From NCBI GenBank assembly GCA_035602175.1, contig DATNMV010000182.1:1-25002 (forward strand): 25,002 nucleotides of DNA. The letters are read 5' to 3'. The stretch comes from Stellaceae bacterium (GTDB taxonomy: Bacteria > Pseudomonadota > Alphaproteobacteria > ATCC43930 > CGMCC-115725). This document shows positions 1 through 10,253 of the stretch, piece by piece. The position numbers and the translations under genes are program-made. The notes under the pieces were generated by a model. The model saw nothing but the letters and a program-made list of their open reading frames with translations. It was not told the origin of the DNA and made no database searches. How positions within the stretch are numbered: position 1 is the stretch's first letter; the number at the start of each line of letters is the position of its first letter.

Positions 1-1356
1 TATCTGAAGCTGATCGATCCGGACCCGGCGACGGTCGAGCAGGTGCAGGCGGCGCTCAAGCCCGGCGAGGCGCTGTTCGCGGTCTATGCCGGCGACAGCA
101 AGACCTATGTCTGGGCGGTGCCCAAGGACGGCGCGATCTCCTTCGCGGTGGCCAATCTGTCGCGCGACGACCTCGACAAGACGGTCAAGGAGCTGCGCAA
201 GGCGCTCGACCCCGACGCCGACACCCTCGCCCAGATCCCGGCCTACCGGGTCGATCTCGCCTACAAGCTCTATGCGAGCCTGCTGGAGCCGGTTAAACCG
301 GGCTGGCAAGGCGCCAAGAGCCTGCTGGTGGTGCCGCATGCCTCGCTCGGGCAACTGCCGTTTGCGCTGTTGGTGACGCAGAACGAGCCGGTGGCGCCGG
401 ATGGCGGCCAAGCGCCGTTCAGCGGCTACAAGAAGACGGCGTGGCTGGTGCGCCAGGTGGCGATCACGCAACTGCCCTCGGTGACCTCGATCACCACGCT
501 GCGTGCCGTGCCGCCGGCGCCGGCGGGCCGGCTGCCGTTCATAGGATTCGGCGACCCGTGGTTCAACGCCAAGGAGGCGGCGGCAGGTGAGCGCGAGGAC
601 GCCATCGACGGCGGCAATACGCAGCTGGCATCGGCCGATTCGGGCGGCGAGCTTGCCACCCGCGGGGTGAAGATCCATCTGCGCAACGTACCCGCGACCG
701 AGAACAACAACAGCGCCCAACTGGCCCAACTGCCGCGCCTGCCCGATACCGCCGCGGAGGTGCGTCAGGTGGCCGAGGCGCTCAATGCCGACCCCGCCCA
801 TGACGTGTTCCTGGGCGCTGCGGCCAATGAGGTGACGGTGCGCACCACCCGGCTCGACAACCGCCGGGTGGTGATGTTCGCCACCCACGGCCTGGTGCCG
901 GGCGATCTCGACGGGCTGACCGAGCCGGCGCTGGCCTTGAGCGCGCCTTCGGTCGCCCATGTCGACGGCAACGGCTTGCTGACCGTGAGCAAGATCCTGG
1001 GCCTGCAACTCAACGCCGATTGGGTGGTGCTGTCGGCCTGCAACACGGCGGTGGGCGACGGCGCCGGCGCCGAGGCGGTGTCGGGGCTGGGCATGGCCTT
1101 CTTCTATGCCGGCTCGCGCGCGCTCCTGGTCTCCAACTGGCCGGTCGAGACGACATCGGCGCGCGAACTCACCACCGGCCTGTTCAAGCGCGAGGCGAGC
1201 AACGCCGATCCGACCCGCGCCGAGGCGCTGCGCCAGTCGGAGCTGGCGCTGATCGACGGCCCGGGATATGTCGATCCCGTAACCAAGAAGACCATGTTCA
1301 GCTACGCCCATCCCATATTCTGGGCCCCCTTCTCCCTGGTCGGTGACGGCGGATAA
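1..1356 (+). CDS. CHAT-domain (caspase-like, clan CD) protein, C-terminal part; 5' end lies outside the window (probably a TPR-CHAT protein)
   Basis: The frame is open from base 1 (YLKLIDPDPATVEQVQAALKPGEAL...), so the track start at 43 is internal. CHAT motifs: LLVVPHASLGQLPFALL, FATHGL (catalytic His), VVLSACNT (catalytic Cys), FFYAGSRALLVSNWPV, HPIFWAPFSLVGDG. Confidence 0.9.
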   Translation, partial: YLKLIDPDPATVEQVQAALKPGEALFAVYAGDSKTYVWAVPKDGAISFAVANLSRDDLDKTVKELRKALDPDADTLAQIPAYRVDLAYKLYASLLEPVKPGWQGAKSLLVVPHASLGQLPFALLVTQNEPVAPDGGQAPFSGYKKTAWLVRQVAITQLPSVTSITTLRAVPPAPAGRLPFIGFGDPWFNAKEAAAGEREDAIDGGNTQLASADSGGELATRGVKIHLRNVPATENNNSAQLAQLPRLPDTAAEVRQVAEALNADPAHDVFLGAAANEVTVRTTRLDNRRVVMFATHGLVPGDLDGLTEPALALSAPSVAHVDGNGLLTVSKILGLQLNADWVVLSACNTAVGDGAGAEAVSGLGMAFFYAGSRALLVSNWPVETTSARELTTGLFKREASNADPTRAEALRQSELALIDGPGYVDPVTKKTMFSYAHPIFWAPFSLVGDGG

Positions 1357-1436
1357 TCTCAGCACCTTGTGACCCGGGCCGGTTGATCGGCAAGCCCGGA
1401 GCGGGCAGGATGCCCGCCCAAGGCAGGGGGCGGGCA

Positions 1437-2477
1437 TTGCACAAATCCATTCGCGTCGTCTTGATCGCGGCTCTGGCGCTGGCGGCGGCCCCGGCCCTCG
1501 CAGAGCCGCCGGCGCCGGCCAAGATCACGCCCGAGCTGATCGCCGCGGCGCAAAAGGAAGGCCACGTGATCTGGTACACCTCGGCCGAACTCGGGCTGGT
1601 CGAGGCCGTGGCCAAGGCCTTCGAGGCCAAATATCCCGGGATATCCGTTCAGCTCGAGCGTTCGGGCGCCGAGCGCAACTTCCAGCGCATCGCCCAGGAA
1701 TATGCGAGCAACATCCACGCCGCCGACGTGATCGACAGCTCCGATACGTCCAACTTCCTCTCCTGGAAGCATGACGGGCTGCTGGCGCCTTACGTGCCCG
1801 ACGACATGGCCTACGTCCCGGCATCTTATCGCGATCCCGACGGGCTTTACGCCAGCTGGCGGGCGACCTTGAGCGTGATGGGCTACAACACCAACCTTGT
1901 CCAGCCGGACGACGCGCCCAAGAGCTTCGCCGACCTGCTCGACCCCAAATGGGACGGCAAGCTGGTCAAGGCCCATCCCGGCTATAGCGGCACGATCATG
2001 ACCGCGACCTACGAGATGTCGCGCGATCTGGGCTGGGCTTATTTCGAGAAGCTCGCCCAGCAGCACGTCATGCAGACGCAATCCGCCAACGACCCGGCGC
2101 GCAAGCTGGAAGCGGGCGAGCGCGCCGTCAGCGTCGACGGCGTCGAATCCCTGTTGCTCACCGAAAGAGCGCGCGGCGCGCCGATCGCGCCGATCTATCC
2201 GGCCGAGGGCACGCCGTTCATCGCCGGCTCGGTCGGCGTGATGAAGGACGCGCCCCATCCCAATGCGGCGCGGCTCTATGAGAGCTATCTCTTCAGTCAC
2301 GAGACGCAGCAACTGATCACCGATATCGGCGCGCTGCGCTCCTTCGACCCGACGGTGAAAGAGCGTCCCGACTGCCCGCCGCTCAAGAGCATCAAGCTGA
2401 TGCGCGACGATCCGCAGGCTACATTGGCGCATTCCGACGAGATCAAGCAGAAATACGCGCAGTATTTCGGCATCTGA
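1437..2477 (+). CDS. ABC transporter periplasmic solute-binding protein (AfuA/FbpA-like extracellular solute-binding family); ligand unknown
   Basis: Signal peptide (IRVVLIAALALAAAPALA-EPP) and family motifs AAQKEGHVIWYTS, YNTNLV...PKSFADLLDPKWDGK, APHPNAARLY. TTG at 1437 follows a G-rich SD-like tract; alternative starts are 1410 (ATG) and 1383. Confidence 0.8.
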   Translation: MHKSIRVVLIAALALAAAPALAEPPAPAKITPELIAAAQKEGHVIWYTSAELGLVEAVAKAFEAKYPGISVQLERSGAERNFQRIAQEYASNIHAADVIDSSDTSNFLSWKHDGLLAPYVPDDMAYVPASYRDPDGLYASWRATLSVMGYNTNLVQPDDAPKSFADLLDPKWDGKLVKAHPGYSGTIMTATYEMSRDLGWAYFEKLAQQHVMQTQSANDPARKLEAGERAVSVDGVESLLLTERARGAPIAPIYPAEGTPFIAGSVGVMKDAPHPNAARLYESYLFSHETQQLITDIGALRSFDPTVKERPDCPPLKSIKLMRDDPQATLAHSDEIKQKYAQYFGI

Positions 2478-3851
2478 ATGGCTGAGACCGCGCAACCGGC
2501 ATCCGTCGCCGAAACCCTCGCCGGCCGGATCGTGGCGTTGCAACCGAATCGGCTGCCCGCGGCGCTGATTGCGCGGCTGGAAGACCTGGTGCTCGACATC
2601 GCCGGTCTGTGCCTGGCGGCGCGCAAAACCGATTACGTCCGGGCGGCATTGTCCGCCTGCGACGAGGACGGGCCCTGCACGCTGATCGGCCACGGCCGGT
2701 TGGGCGACGCCGCCGGCGCCGCGCTGGTCAACGGCACCGCCGCGCATGGCGAGGATTTCGACGACACCTTCGAGGGCGGCCCTGTCCATGCCGGGGTGGT
2801 GATCGTGCCGGCAGTGTTGGCCGCGGCCGAGCGCTACCGGCGCGACGGTCAAGCGGCGCTCCTCGGGCTGGCGGTGGGCGTCGAGACCATCTGCCGGCTC
2901 AGCACGGTTGCGCCCAAGCTGGTGCACAAGGCGGGCTTCCATCCCACCAGCGTGTTCGGAACCCTGGCCGCCGCGGCGGCGGTGGGCGCGACGCTGGGCC
3001 TCGACCGCAAGCAATTGGTCGACGCGCTCGGGATATCCGGCAGCATGGCCGGCGGCATTATCGAATATCTAGCCGAAGGCGCCTGGACCAAGCGGCTTCA
3101 TCCCGGCTGGTCGGCGCAGGCCGGGCTCCGGGCCGCGCTGCTGGCACGCGGCGGCTTCATCGGCCCGCGCACCGTATTCGAGGGCACGCACGGCCTGTTC
3201 CACGGCTTCGCGCACACCACAAAGGGCGATTACGGCAGGCTGCTCGACGGTTTCGGCGAGAATTGGGCGGCCCAGACCATCGCCTTCAAGCCTTTCGCCT
3301 GCGGCACCATGATCCATCCCTATATCGACTGCGCCATCCGCCTGGCGAAGCGCGGCGTGAAGGCGGACGCCATCGTCGAGATCACCTGCGAGGTGGCCGA
3401 GGGCATTGTGCACCGGCTGTGGGAGCCGCTGGCGGCGAAACAGTCGCCGCCCAACGCCTATGCCGCCAAGTTCAGCGCGCCCTTCTGTATGGCCGCCGGA
3501 TTCTTCTTCGGCGACGCCGGCCTCGCCGCCTTCACCGAAGACACCGTGCGCGACCCGCGTCTCAAGGCGCTCGCGGCGAAAATCAAATACGTCATCGACC
3601 CGGACAATCCCTATCCCGACAATTACACCGGCCATTTACGGGCGCGGCTCAAGGACGGAAGCGAGGTCGAGGAGCGGCAACCCCATCTGAGGGGCGGCGC
3701 GCATGAGCCGTTGTCGCGCCAAGCCATCGAAGCCAAGTTCTTCGCCAATGCCGAGTTCGGCGGCTTTCCCCGCGCCAAGGCTCTGGCCGCGCTCCAGGCG
3801 ATTTCGCGGCTGTTCAGCGGGCCGCTCGATCTGCGAGAATTGCGCGCATGA
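2478..3851 (+). CDS. MmgE/PrpD family protein (2-methylcitrate dehydratase / IDS epimerase / cis-aconitate decarboxylase fold)
   Basis: Motifs AALVNGTAAHGEDFDD, HAGVVIVPAVLA, GFHPTSVFG, KRLHPGWSA, FKPFACG, AKFSAPF. ATG directly follows the upstream stop (TGAATG). Confidence 0.88.
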   Translation: MAETAQPASVAETLAGRIVALQPNRLPAALIARLEDLVLDIAGLCLAARKTDYVRAALSACDEDGPCTLIGHGRLGDAAGAALVNGTAAHGEDFDDTFEGGPVHAGVVIVPAVLAAAERYRRDGQAALLGLAVGVETICRLSTVAPKLVHKAGFHPTSVFGTLAAAAAVGATLGLDRKQLVDALGISGSMAGGIIEYLAEGAWTKRLHPGWSAQAGLRAALLARGGFIGPRTVFEGTHGLFHGFAHTTKGDYGRLLDGFGENWAAQTIAFKPFACGTMIHPYIDCAIRLAKRGVKADAIVEITCEVAEGIVHRLWEPLAAKQSPPNAYAAKFSAPFCMAAGFFFGDAGLAAFTEDTVRDPRLKALAAKIKYVIDPDNPYPDNYTGHLRARLKDGSEVEERQPHLRGGAHEPLSRQAIEAKFFANAEFGGFPRAKALAALQAISRLFSGPLDLRELRA

Positions 3852-4603
3852 GCGAATTGAACGGCAAGGTGGCGTTGGTCACCGGCGCTTCGCGCAACAT
3901 CGGCCGCGCCATCGCGCTGGCCTTGGCCGAGGGCGGCGCCGCGGTGGCGGTCAACGCCCGGACATCGGCCGCCGAGGCGGAAGGCGTGGCGCGCGAGATA
4001 GCCGCCGCGGGCGGCAAGGCGGCCGTGGTGCTGGGCGACATCACCAGCGAGAACGACGTGGCGCGCATGATGAAGGAAACCGCCGAGGCTTTCGGCGCCA
4101 TCGACATCCTGGTCAACAACGCGGCCATCCGCCACGAGGCGGCGCTCGAAAAACTCGATTACGCCCATTGGCGGCATACCTTGGCCGTCATCCTCGACGG
4201 CGCCTATCTCTGCGCCCGCGCCGCGCTGCCCCATCTGCGCAAAAGCAAAGGCGGCGCCATCGTCAATATCAGCGGCATGACGGGGCAAACCGGCGCCAAG
4301 CTACGCACGCACATCGCTTCCGCCAAGGCGGGGCTCGAAGGCATGACGCGGGCGCTGGCGCTGGAACTGGCGGCGGACGGCATCACCGTCAATTGCGTCT
4401 CGCCCGGCCTGGTGGACACGGTGCGCAACGCCGCCAGCGTCAGCACCACGCCGCAGCACCATGAAGGGCGCAGCTTTCCGCTGGGCCGCCGCGTCACGCC
4501 GGCGGAGGTGGCGGCGATGGTGCGCTATCTCTGCGGCCCGCAGGCGCGGCTGATCACCGGCCAGGTGATCCACGTCAATGGCGGCGCCCATTTCGGCGGC
4601 TAG
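3848..4603 (+). CDS. Short-chain dehydrogenase/reductase (FabG-like fold) with a non-canonical active site
   Basis: Rossmann motif VALVTGASRNIG, IDILVNNAA, ITVNCVSPGLVDT, ITGQVIHVNGG. ATGA overlap with the PrpD gene. YxxxK appears as IASAK. Confidence 0.88.
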   Translation: MSELNGKVALVTGASRNIGRAIALALAEGGAAVAVNARTSAAEAEGVAREIAAAGGKAAVVLGDITSENDVARMMKETAEAFGAIDILVNNAAIRHEAALEKLDYAHWRHTLAVILDGAYLCARAALPHLRKSKGGAIVNISGMTGQTGAKLRTHIASAKAGLEGMTRALALELAADGITVNCVSPGLVDTVRNAASVSTTPQHHEGRSFPLGRRVTPAEVAAMVRYLCGPQARLITGQVIHVNGGAHFGG

Positions 4604-5673
4604 CGCGCGCGGTGGAGCTTTCCGCCCGCGGTCGGCGCTTTGACGCCGGTGGTGCCGGGCAGGCTCAAGGGCCGGCCCTTCAGCGAGCGCACCGCGAGAT
4701 AGGCGAAGGCCTGGGCTTCGAGCGCGTCGCCGTCCCAGCCGCAGGATTCAACCGGCGCGACCGGCGCTTTAAGCTTCTGCCGCAGCAGCTCCATCAAAAG
4801 GGAGTTGTGCCGCCCGCCGCCGGTGACCAGCCAGCGCCGCGCCGCCGCGGGGAAATGCCGCTGCGCCGCGGCGATCGCCGCTACGGTCAAGGCGGCAAGG
4901 GTCGCGGCGCCGTCTTCGGGCGACAGGCCCTGGGGCATGAAGGAGGCAAACTCATCGCGATCGAGAGATTTCGGCGGACGCCGCGCGAAATAGGGATGAT
5001 CCAGGAAACGCGCCAGGCGGTTTTCATCCGCATGGCCGGCCCGCGCCAGCGCGCCGCCTTCGTCCACCGGCTTGCCGGTATGCGCCAGCGCCCAGTCGTC
5101 AATCAGCGCATTGCCGGGTCCGGTGTCGAAGGCGAGGATGTCGGTCTCTCTCGGTCCGATCCAGGTGACATTCGCGACGCCGCCGATGTTGAGCACCGCC
5201 AGCGGCTTCTCGAGACCCGCGGCCAAGGCCCGATGATAGAGCGGAACAAAAGGCGCGCCCTCGCCGCCCGCCGCCACGTCGGCGCTGCGGAAATCGTTGA
5301 CGACGTCGATGCCGGTGAGAGTGGCGAGTAACGCGCCGTCGCCCAGCTGCCAGGTCCGGCCCTGGCGGGGCTGGTGCAGGATGGTATGGCCGTGAAAACC
5401 GATGACATCCGGCTTCGGCAGTTGATGATTCGACAACAGCGCGTCGATCGCCGCGGCGTGGGCATGGGTCATCGCGGCTTCGGCCTCGGCCGCCGGCCCC
5501 CTGCCGCCGAGCGCGGCGCGCAGGCGCGCGCGCAGATCGCGCTCATAGGGAATGGTGAGCGCCGGGCCCACAGCGACCCGCGTTTCGCCGTCGGTCTCGA
5601 TGAAGGCGGCGTCGACGCCGTCGAGCGAGGTGCCGCTCATCAGCCCGACGGCGCGAATCAGCCCCGCGCTCAT
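4600..5673 (-). CDS. anmK: Anhydro-N-acetylmuramic acid kinase
   Basis: GLMSGTSLDGVD, GFHGHT, DFRSADVAAGGEGAP, LNIGGVANVT, FDTGPGNALID, GGGRHN, EAQAFAYLA. Divergent from tyrS, the usual alphaproteobacterial arrangement. Confidence 0.96.
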   Translation of the reverse strand: MSAGLIRAVGLMSGTSLDGVDAAFIETDGETRVAVGPALTIPYERDLRARLRAALGGRGPAAEAEAAMTHAHAAAIDALLSNHQLPKPDVIGFHGHTILHQPRQGRTWQLGDGALLATLTGIDVVNDFRSADVAAGGEGAPFVPLYHRALAAGLEKPLAVLNIGGVANVTWIGPRETDILAFDTGPGNALIDDWALAHTGKPVDEGGALARAGHADENRLARFLDHPYFARRPPKSLDRDEFASFMPQGLSPEDGAATLAALTVAAIAAAQRHFPAAARRWLVTGGGRHNSLLMELLRQKLKAPVAPVESCGWDGDALEAQAFAYLAVRSLKGRPLSLPGTTGVKAPTAGGKLHRAR

Positions 5674-5718
5674 GGCTGACGCGCGCCCGCCAGTGTGCTA
5701 AAGCACGCCGAACCGCCG

Positions 5719-6972
5719 ATGGCCAAAACCCAGTCCTCTTTTCTCGCCGCCGCCGAAGAGCGCGGCTTTCTGCACCAAATCACCGACCGCGCCGGGCTCG
5801 ACAAGCGCCTCGCCGCCGGGCCGGTGACCGCTTATATCGGATTCGATTGTACCGCCGACAGCCTTCATATCGGCAGTCTTTTGCAGATCATGTTGCTGCG
5901 GCTGTGGCAGAAGACCGGCAACCGGCCGATCGTTCTCATGGGCGGCGGCACCACCAAGGTGGGCGATCCCTCGGGCAAGGACGAAAGCCGCCAGCTTTTG
6001 AGCGACGCGCAGATCACCGCCAACATGGCCGGCATCCGTCGCGTGTTCGAGAAATTCCTCGCCTTCGGCAAGGGGCCGAGCGACGCCGTGATGGTGGACA
6101 ACGCCGAATGGCTCGACCGGCTCGAATACATTCCGTTCCTGCGCGAATACGGCAGCTTGATCTCGGTCAACCGCATGCTGGGCATGGACAGCGTCAAGCT
6201 GCGACTCGAACGCGAGCAGCCGCTTTCCTTCCTCGAATTCAACTACATGGTGCTGCAGGCCTATGACTTCATCGAGCTGGCGCGGCGGCATCAATGCACG
6301 GCGCAGATGGGCGGCTCCGACCAGTGGGGCAACATCGTCCTGGGGATCGAATTGGGACGGCGCGTCGACAACCGCGAGCTCTTCGGCATCACCTCGCCTT
6401 TGATCACGACCTCGTCCGGCGCCAAGATGGGCAAGTCGGCACAGGGCGCGGTCTGGCTCAACGCCGAGAAGCTCAGCCCCTACGACTACTGGCAATACTG
6501 GCGCAACACCGAGGACGCGGATGTCGGACGCTTCCTCAGGCTGTTCACCGATCTGCCGATCGACGAGATCAAGCAGCTGGAGAAGCTCAAGGACAGCGAG
6601 ATCAACCACGCCAAGATCGTGCTCGCCACCGAGGCCACGGCGCTTTGTCACGGGCGCAAGGCCGCGGATGCCGCCGCCGAAACCGCGCGGCGCGTTTTCG
6701 CCGAGGGTGGCATCGGCGGCGACCTGCCGGTGATCGAGGCGCTCAAATCCGAGCTGACCAAGGGCCACCCGGCGATCGACTATTTCCACAAAGCGGGCCT
6801 GGCACCGAGCCTGGGCGAGGCGCGACGGCTGGTGCGCGGCGGCGGCGCGCGCGTCAATGACGAAGTGGTCGATGACGAGAAACGGCTTCTGACCCTGAAG
6901 GACTTGAACGCCGAAGGCGTCATCAAGCTGTCGGCGGGCAGGAAGCGCCACGCGCTGGTGAAGCCGGTCTAG
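5719..6972 (+). CDS. tyrS: Tyrosine--tRNA ligase
   Basis: [15 protein letters not shown] (HIGH-type), [15 protein letters not shown]-terminal S4 domain ([13 protein letters not shown]). ATG at 5719 preferred over the in-frame GTG at 5695. Confidence 0.97.
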   Translation: MAKTQSSFLAAAEERGFLHQITDRAGLDKRLAAGPVTAYIGFDCTADSLHIGSLLQIMLLRLWQKTGNRPIVLMGGGTTKVGDPSGKDESRQLLSDAQITANMAGIRRVFEKFLAFGKGPSDAVMVDNAEWLDRLEYIPFLREYGSLISVNRMLGMDSVKLRLEREQPLSFLEFNYMVLQAYDFIELARRHQCTAQMGGSDQWGNIVLGIELGRRVDNRELFGITSPLITTSSGAKMGKSAQGAVWLNAEKLSPYDYWQYWRNTEDADVGRFLRLFTDLPIDEIKQLEKLKDSEINHAKIVLATEATALCHGRKAADAAAETARRVFAEGGIGGDLPVIEALKSELTKGHPAIDYFHKAGLAPSLGEARRLVRGGGARVNDEVVDDEKRLLTLKDLNAEGVIKLSAGRKRHALVKPV

Positions 6973-9900
6973 TTCGCCCCGCCGCCGGCGGAACCCGGAT
7001 CGCCGGGCGGCGGACTTTGCGAGGTCGAGGACTTGGACGCGGGCGCCGGATTCCACGCCTTGAAGAAAAACAACTTGCGCAACACGCCGGGCGCGACCGC
7101 GCTCAGAGGATTGACCGCGACCTGCGGATCGTTGATCGTGCCGGCGATGCGGAAATTGGCGGCGAATATGCCCTGCCGGTCGCCGCCCAGAATCAGGCTG
7201 CCGATGACCGGTATGTTGCCCAGCACGGTGTTGAGGATGTTGGCCGGCACCAGCGTGCCCGAAGCGTCGAGCGTGCCGGCCTGGTAATCCACGTTGCCGT
7301 CAACATTGACGCCGATCGCGCCGCCATAGGCGCGCAGGTCGCTGACCGCGATGCCGCCGCCGCCATAGACGATGTCTGCTTCGAGCGCGGTGAAGGGAAT
7401 GCCCTCGCCGTTCAGCATTCCGTTGATGCCGGAGAACGAAGACAGCGACAGCAGCTTGGCGAACAGCGGCGCCTTAACCAGAAGAAAATTGGCGCCCCGG
7501 ATTTCGCCCTTGAGCACGCGCTTGCCCTTGTCGTCGACCGCGTTGCCGGTGACCTGGAACGTGCCGCCGGTGATGTTGTCCGTCACGTCGAGAAACCGCA
7601 GCAGCGCGCCGAAATCGTCGGCCTGGAGGCGGAACTTGCCCGGCCCCTGCTCGCCGCCGAACCGCACTGTGATCGGTCGCCGTTCGGAAAGCATGCCGTC
7701 GACATTGGCCTGTTTCCAATGCGGGCCGTCGCTTTCGAGCCTGGCCGACAGATCGGTCACCGCGCGGTTCTCGCCGAGCACCAGCCGGCCGAGCTTGGCG
7801 TCGACGGCCAGCGGCTTGGCGTTGGCGTCGTCGGAGGACGAGTTCGACAGATTGTCGAACATGCCGCTGGCGTCGAAGCTCGCGCCCGAAATCGAGACGT
7901 GGAACACGCCTTGCGGCGTGCGTTGGATAAAACCCGCGGCGTCGGTGTTGCCGGCCTTGAGACGCGGCACATCGAGGCGCACCAGCCCGTCCTTGTCGAA
8001 ACTCGCCGACAGGCTGCCTTCGGCGCCGTTGCCTTGCAGCGCCGCGTCGCGGATCGCCGTCAGCTTGTCGCCGTCTAAATCGAGCCCGAACTTGACGTTG
8101 GCCGGCACGCCCGCCGGCTTGGTCCAGCCGATCTCGGAGCGATCGACGCTCGCATCCTTGAGATCGGCCGCGATCGCCGCCTGCGCCCGGTTGTTGCGCG
8201 ACAGGCTGTAGAGCAGATCGACATCGACCGGGCCGTGGATCACGGCAAATGAGGGATAATCGATGCCGAGACGCTGCCGTCCGGCATCGTCGACGCGCCC
8301 GCGCACCGCATAGCGCCGCTTGACCGGATCGCTGCTTTTCAGGCTTTCGGTCCAATCCAGCTTGACCGGCACGCCCGCCAGCTCGGCATCGCCGTCGATC
8401 TTCAGGGCATTGCTGTCGAGTGTCATCTTGAAGGCGCCCGCGCCCAGATCCTGCCCGAACAGCGCCTGCGGCACCGCGACGCCGGCGAGATCGGCTTCGG
8501 TACGGTAGATCACCTCGTCGAGGTCGAGATCGTGTTTGAGCGGCACCTCGAAGAACAGATGCGCATCGAACGTACCCGCGGCATGTACGGCGTCTAGCGA
8601 CAGGGCCTTCGCGTAGTCCAGCGGATCGGTATCGAGCACGGTAAGGGCGTCATGCAAAGGACCGTGGACGTTGACGTCGACGTCGGCGGTTTCGTCGTTG
8701 GTGTCGAGCTTGACCAGCTTGACCGTGCCGCTCACCACCTGCGCGCCCAGCACATGGCCGCTGGACGGCACGAAATCGATGCGCGTGCGATCGAAGGTGG
8801 CGGTGCCGTCGATGCCGCGCACCGGCTCGAGCGGCGCGAAATACTCGACCGTGAGATTGTGATAGCTGGCGGTGCCGTCGAAACGGCTGACGTCGATCGG
8901 CTTCGCCACGTCCGGCGCGGTGTCGACGTGGAATTCGAGCGCCGCTTTCATGTTGTCGACGATGCCGTCACGGATGTGCTTGGTGACCCAGCTCCGCGTC
9001 CGCGGCCCGACCCGCTCGGGCCAGAGATGGGGAAAATCGTCGAGCAACATGTTCTGCACGTCCATTTGTAGCGCCACATCGAAGGCCTGCGGCCAGCCGC
9101 CCGCCAGCAGACCGGAACCGATATGGTCGACCGTGCCGGTGACGACGGCGTTGGTGCCGCCGACGTCGAGCGCGAAATTGTCGATGGTGACGCGGCCCGC
9201 GGCGAGATCGTAGCTCGCCTTGAGCGCGCCCTTCGATATCACCGCCGAACCATCCGGCAGATCCGCGTTCCGGAGCGCGCCTTCGCCAAAAACCAGATCG
9301 CAGGACGCGCCGCTGATGCCGAGCTTTTCGGTATCGAGCGCGATGCGGACCACGCCGGTCACCGGCAAATCCACCGCCGCGAGCGGCGACAGCGCCGGCG
9401 CGGCAAGCCCGAACAGCGCCGGGTTCAGACCGGTGAAGTTGAAACCGACGACGAGATCGCCCGGACGATTGTAGACGAGATCGCCGTGGATCAGCGCCTG
9501 GTTGTCGCCGATGCCGGCGGCGAGTTGCAGCGTGCCGGCGAGCCCGTCGCCGCTGCGATGCAGCGACAGATCGGTGAGGTGGGCGTTCCACACGACGTCG
9601 AGCGAACGGTCGTCGACGGTGAGCGTGGCGTTGCGGATCTCGAGTTGCGTAAGATATCCCAAAGGGCCCGAACCGTTGAGCGGATCGGCGATGTCCTTGA
9701 CCAGGCGGTTGCCCCAGAATTCGGAGGTGTCTTCTTGCCCCTCCTGTCCCCCCGTACCCTGGTTTTCGTCGCCCAAGCCGAGATGGAACGACCCGTCGGC
9801 GGTGCGTTCCAGCCGCAGCTGCGGCTCGGTGAGGATAAGGCGCGACGGCGCGATGGTGCCGAAGAGCAGCGCCCGGAGACTAAGCACCATCTCCATCTCG

Positions 9901-10253
9901 CGGAAGGTGAGCTGCGCGCCGCTGTCGGGCTGCACAAGATGGACGCCGGTGGTGACCAGCTGGAAGCTCAGACCCGGCTCCCAGCTCAACACCGTGCGGT
10001 CGATGGCAACCTCGACGCCGTGCGGACCGCTCGACAGCGAATTCGACAGGTAGGGGGTGAAGCGGTCCAGCGACACGGGCCCCTGCGACAGCATCCACAA
10101 GCCGTAGCCGATCAAGCCGATGCACAGCACGATGCAAACCGCTAGGCCATAGGCCAAGTACCGCAAGAAGCGGAGATGCGCGTTGCCTCGGCCTTGACCG
10201 GGTTCGGGTTGGCGCGCAGTCTCCGGCGAATCCTGTCGCGGCGCGCCGTTCAT
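6969..10253 (-). CDS. YhdP/AsmA-like envelope-spanning protein (DUF3971 plus AsmA_2 C-terminus)
   Basis: About 1100 aa with one N-terminal TM helix ([21 protein letters not shown]), GPVSL motif and beta-rich body. It has WP...[15 protein letters not shown] and a typical AsmA_2 tail ([35 protein letters not shown]). The start is uncertain (ATG 10253 or GTG 10274). Confidence 0.8.
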   Translation of the reverse strand: MNGAPRQDSPETARQPEPGQGRGNAHLRFLRYLAYGLAVCIVLCIGLIGYGLWMLSQGPVSLDRFTPYLSNSLSSGPHGVEVAIDRTVLSWEPGLSFQLVTTGVHLVQPDSGAQLTFREMEMVLSLRALLFGTIAPSRLILTEPQLRLERTADGSFHLGLGDENQGTGGQEGQEDTSEFWGNRLVKDIADPLNGSGPLGYLTQLEIRNATLTVDDRSLDVVWNAHLTDLSLHRSGDGLAGTLQLAAGIGDNQALIHGDLVYNRPGDLVVGFNFTGLNPALFGLAAPALSPLAAVDLPVTGVVRIALDTEKLGISGASCDLVFGEGALRNADLPDGSAVISKGALKASYDLAAGRVTIDNFALDVGGTNAVVTGTVDHIGSGLLAGGWPQAFDVALQMDVQNMLLDDFPHLWPERVGPRTRSWVTKHIRDGIVDNMKAALEFHVDTAPDVAKPIDVSRFDGTASYHNLTVEYFAPLEPVRGIDGTATFDRTRIDFVPSSGHVLGAQVVSGTVKLVKLDTNDETADVDVNVHGPLHDALTVLDTDPLDYAKALSLDAVHAAGTFDAHLFFEVPLKHDLDLDEVIYRTEADLAGVAVPQALFGQDLGAGAFKMTLDSNALKIDGDAELAGVPVKLDWTESLKSSDPVKRRYAVRGRVDDAGRQRLGIDYPSFAVIHGPVDVDLLYSLSRNNRAQAAIAADLKDASVDRSEIGWTKPAGVPANVKFGLDLDGDKLTAIRDAALQGNGAEGSLSASFDKDGLVRLDVPRLKAGNTDAAGFIQRTPQGVFHVSISGASFDASGMFDNLSNSSSDDANAKPLAVDAKLGRLVLGENRAVTDLSARLESDGPHWKQANVDGMLSERRPITVRFGGEQGPGKFRLQADDFGALLRFLDVTDNITGGTFQVTGNAVDDKGKRVLKGEIRGANFLLVKAPLFAKLLSLSSFSGINGMLNGEGIPFTALEADIVYGGGGIAVSDLRAYGGAIGVNVDGNVDYQAGTLDASGTLVPANILNTVLGNIPVIGSLILGGDRQGIFAANFRIAGTINDPQVAVNPLSAVAPGVLRKLFFFKAWNPAPASKSSTSQSPPPGDPGSAGGGAN

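Noticed and set aside
1359-3014. 551-aa minus-strand ORF, and similar long shadow ORFs at 5698..7056, 7017..8078, 10864..12915, 15179..16288, 16107..18107 and 21196..23742
   Set aside because: All are antisense to well-supported genes, have no recognisable motifs, and are the expected by-product of high-GC codon bias.
4600-4603. Convergent genes sharing a CTAG double stop (also at 6969-6972)
   Set aside because: A common compact arrangement in GC-rich genomes; nothing suggests a special function.
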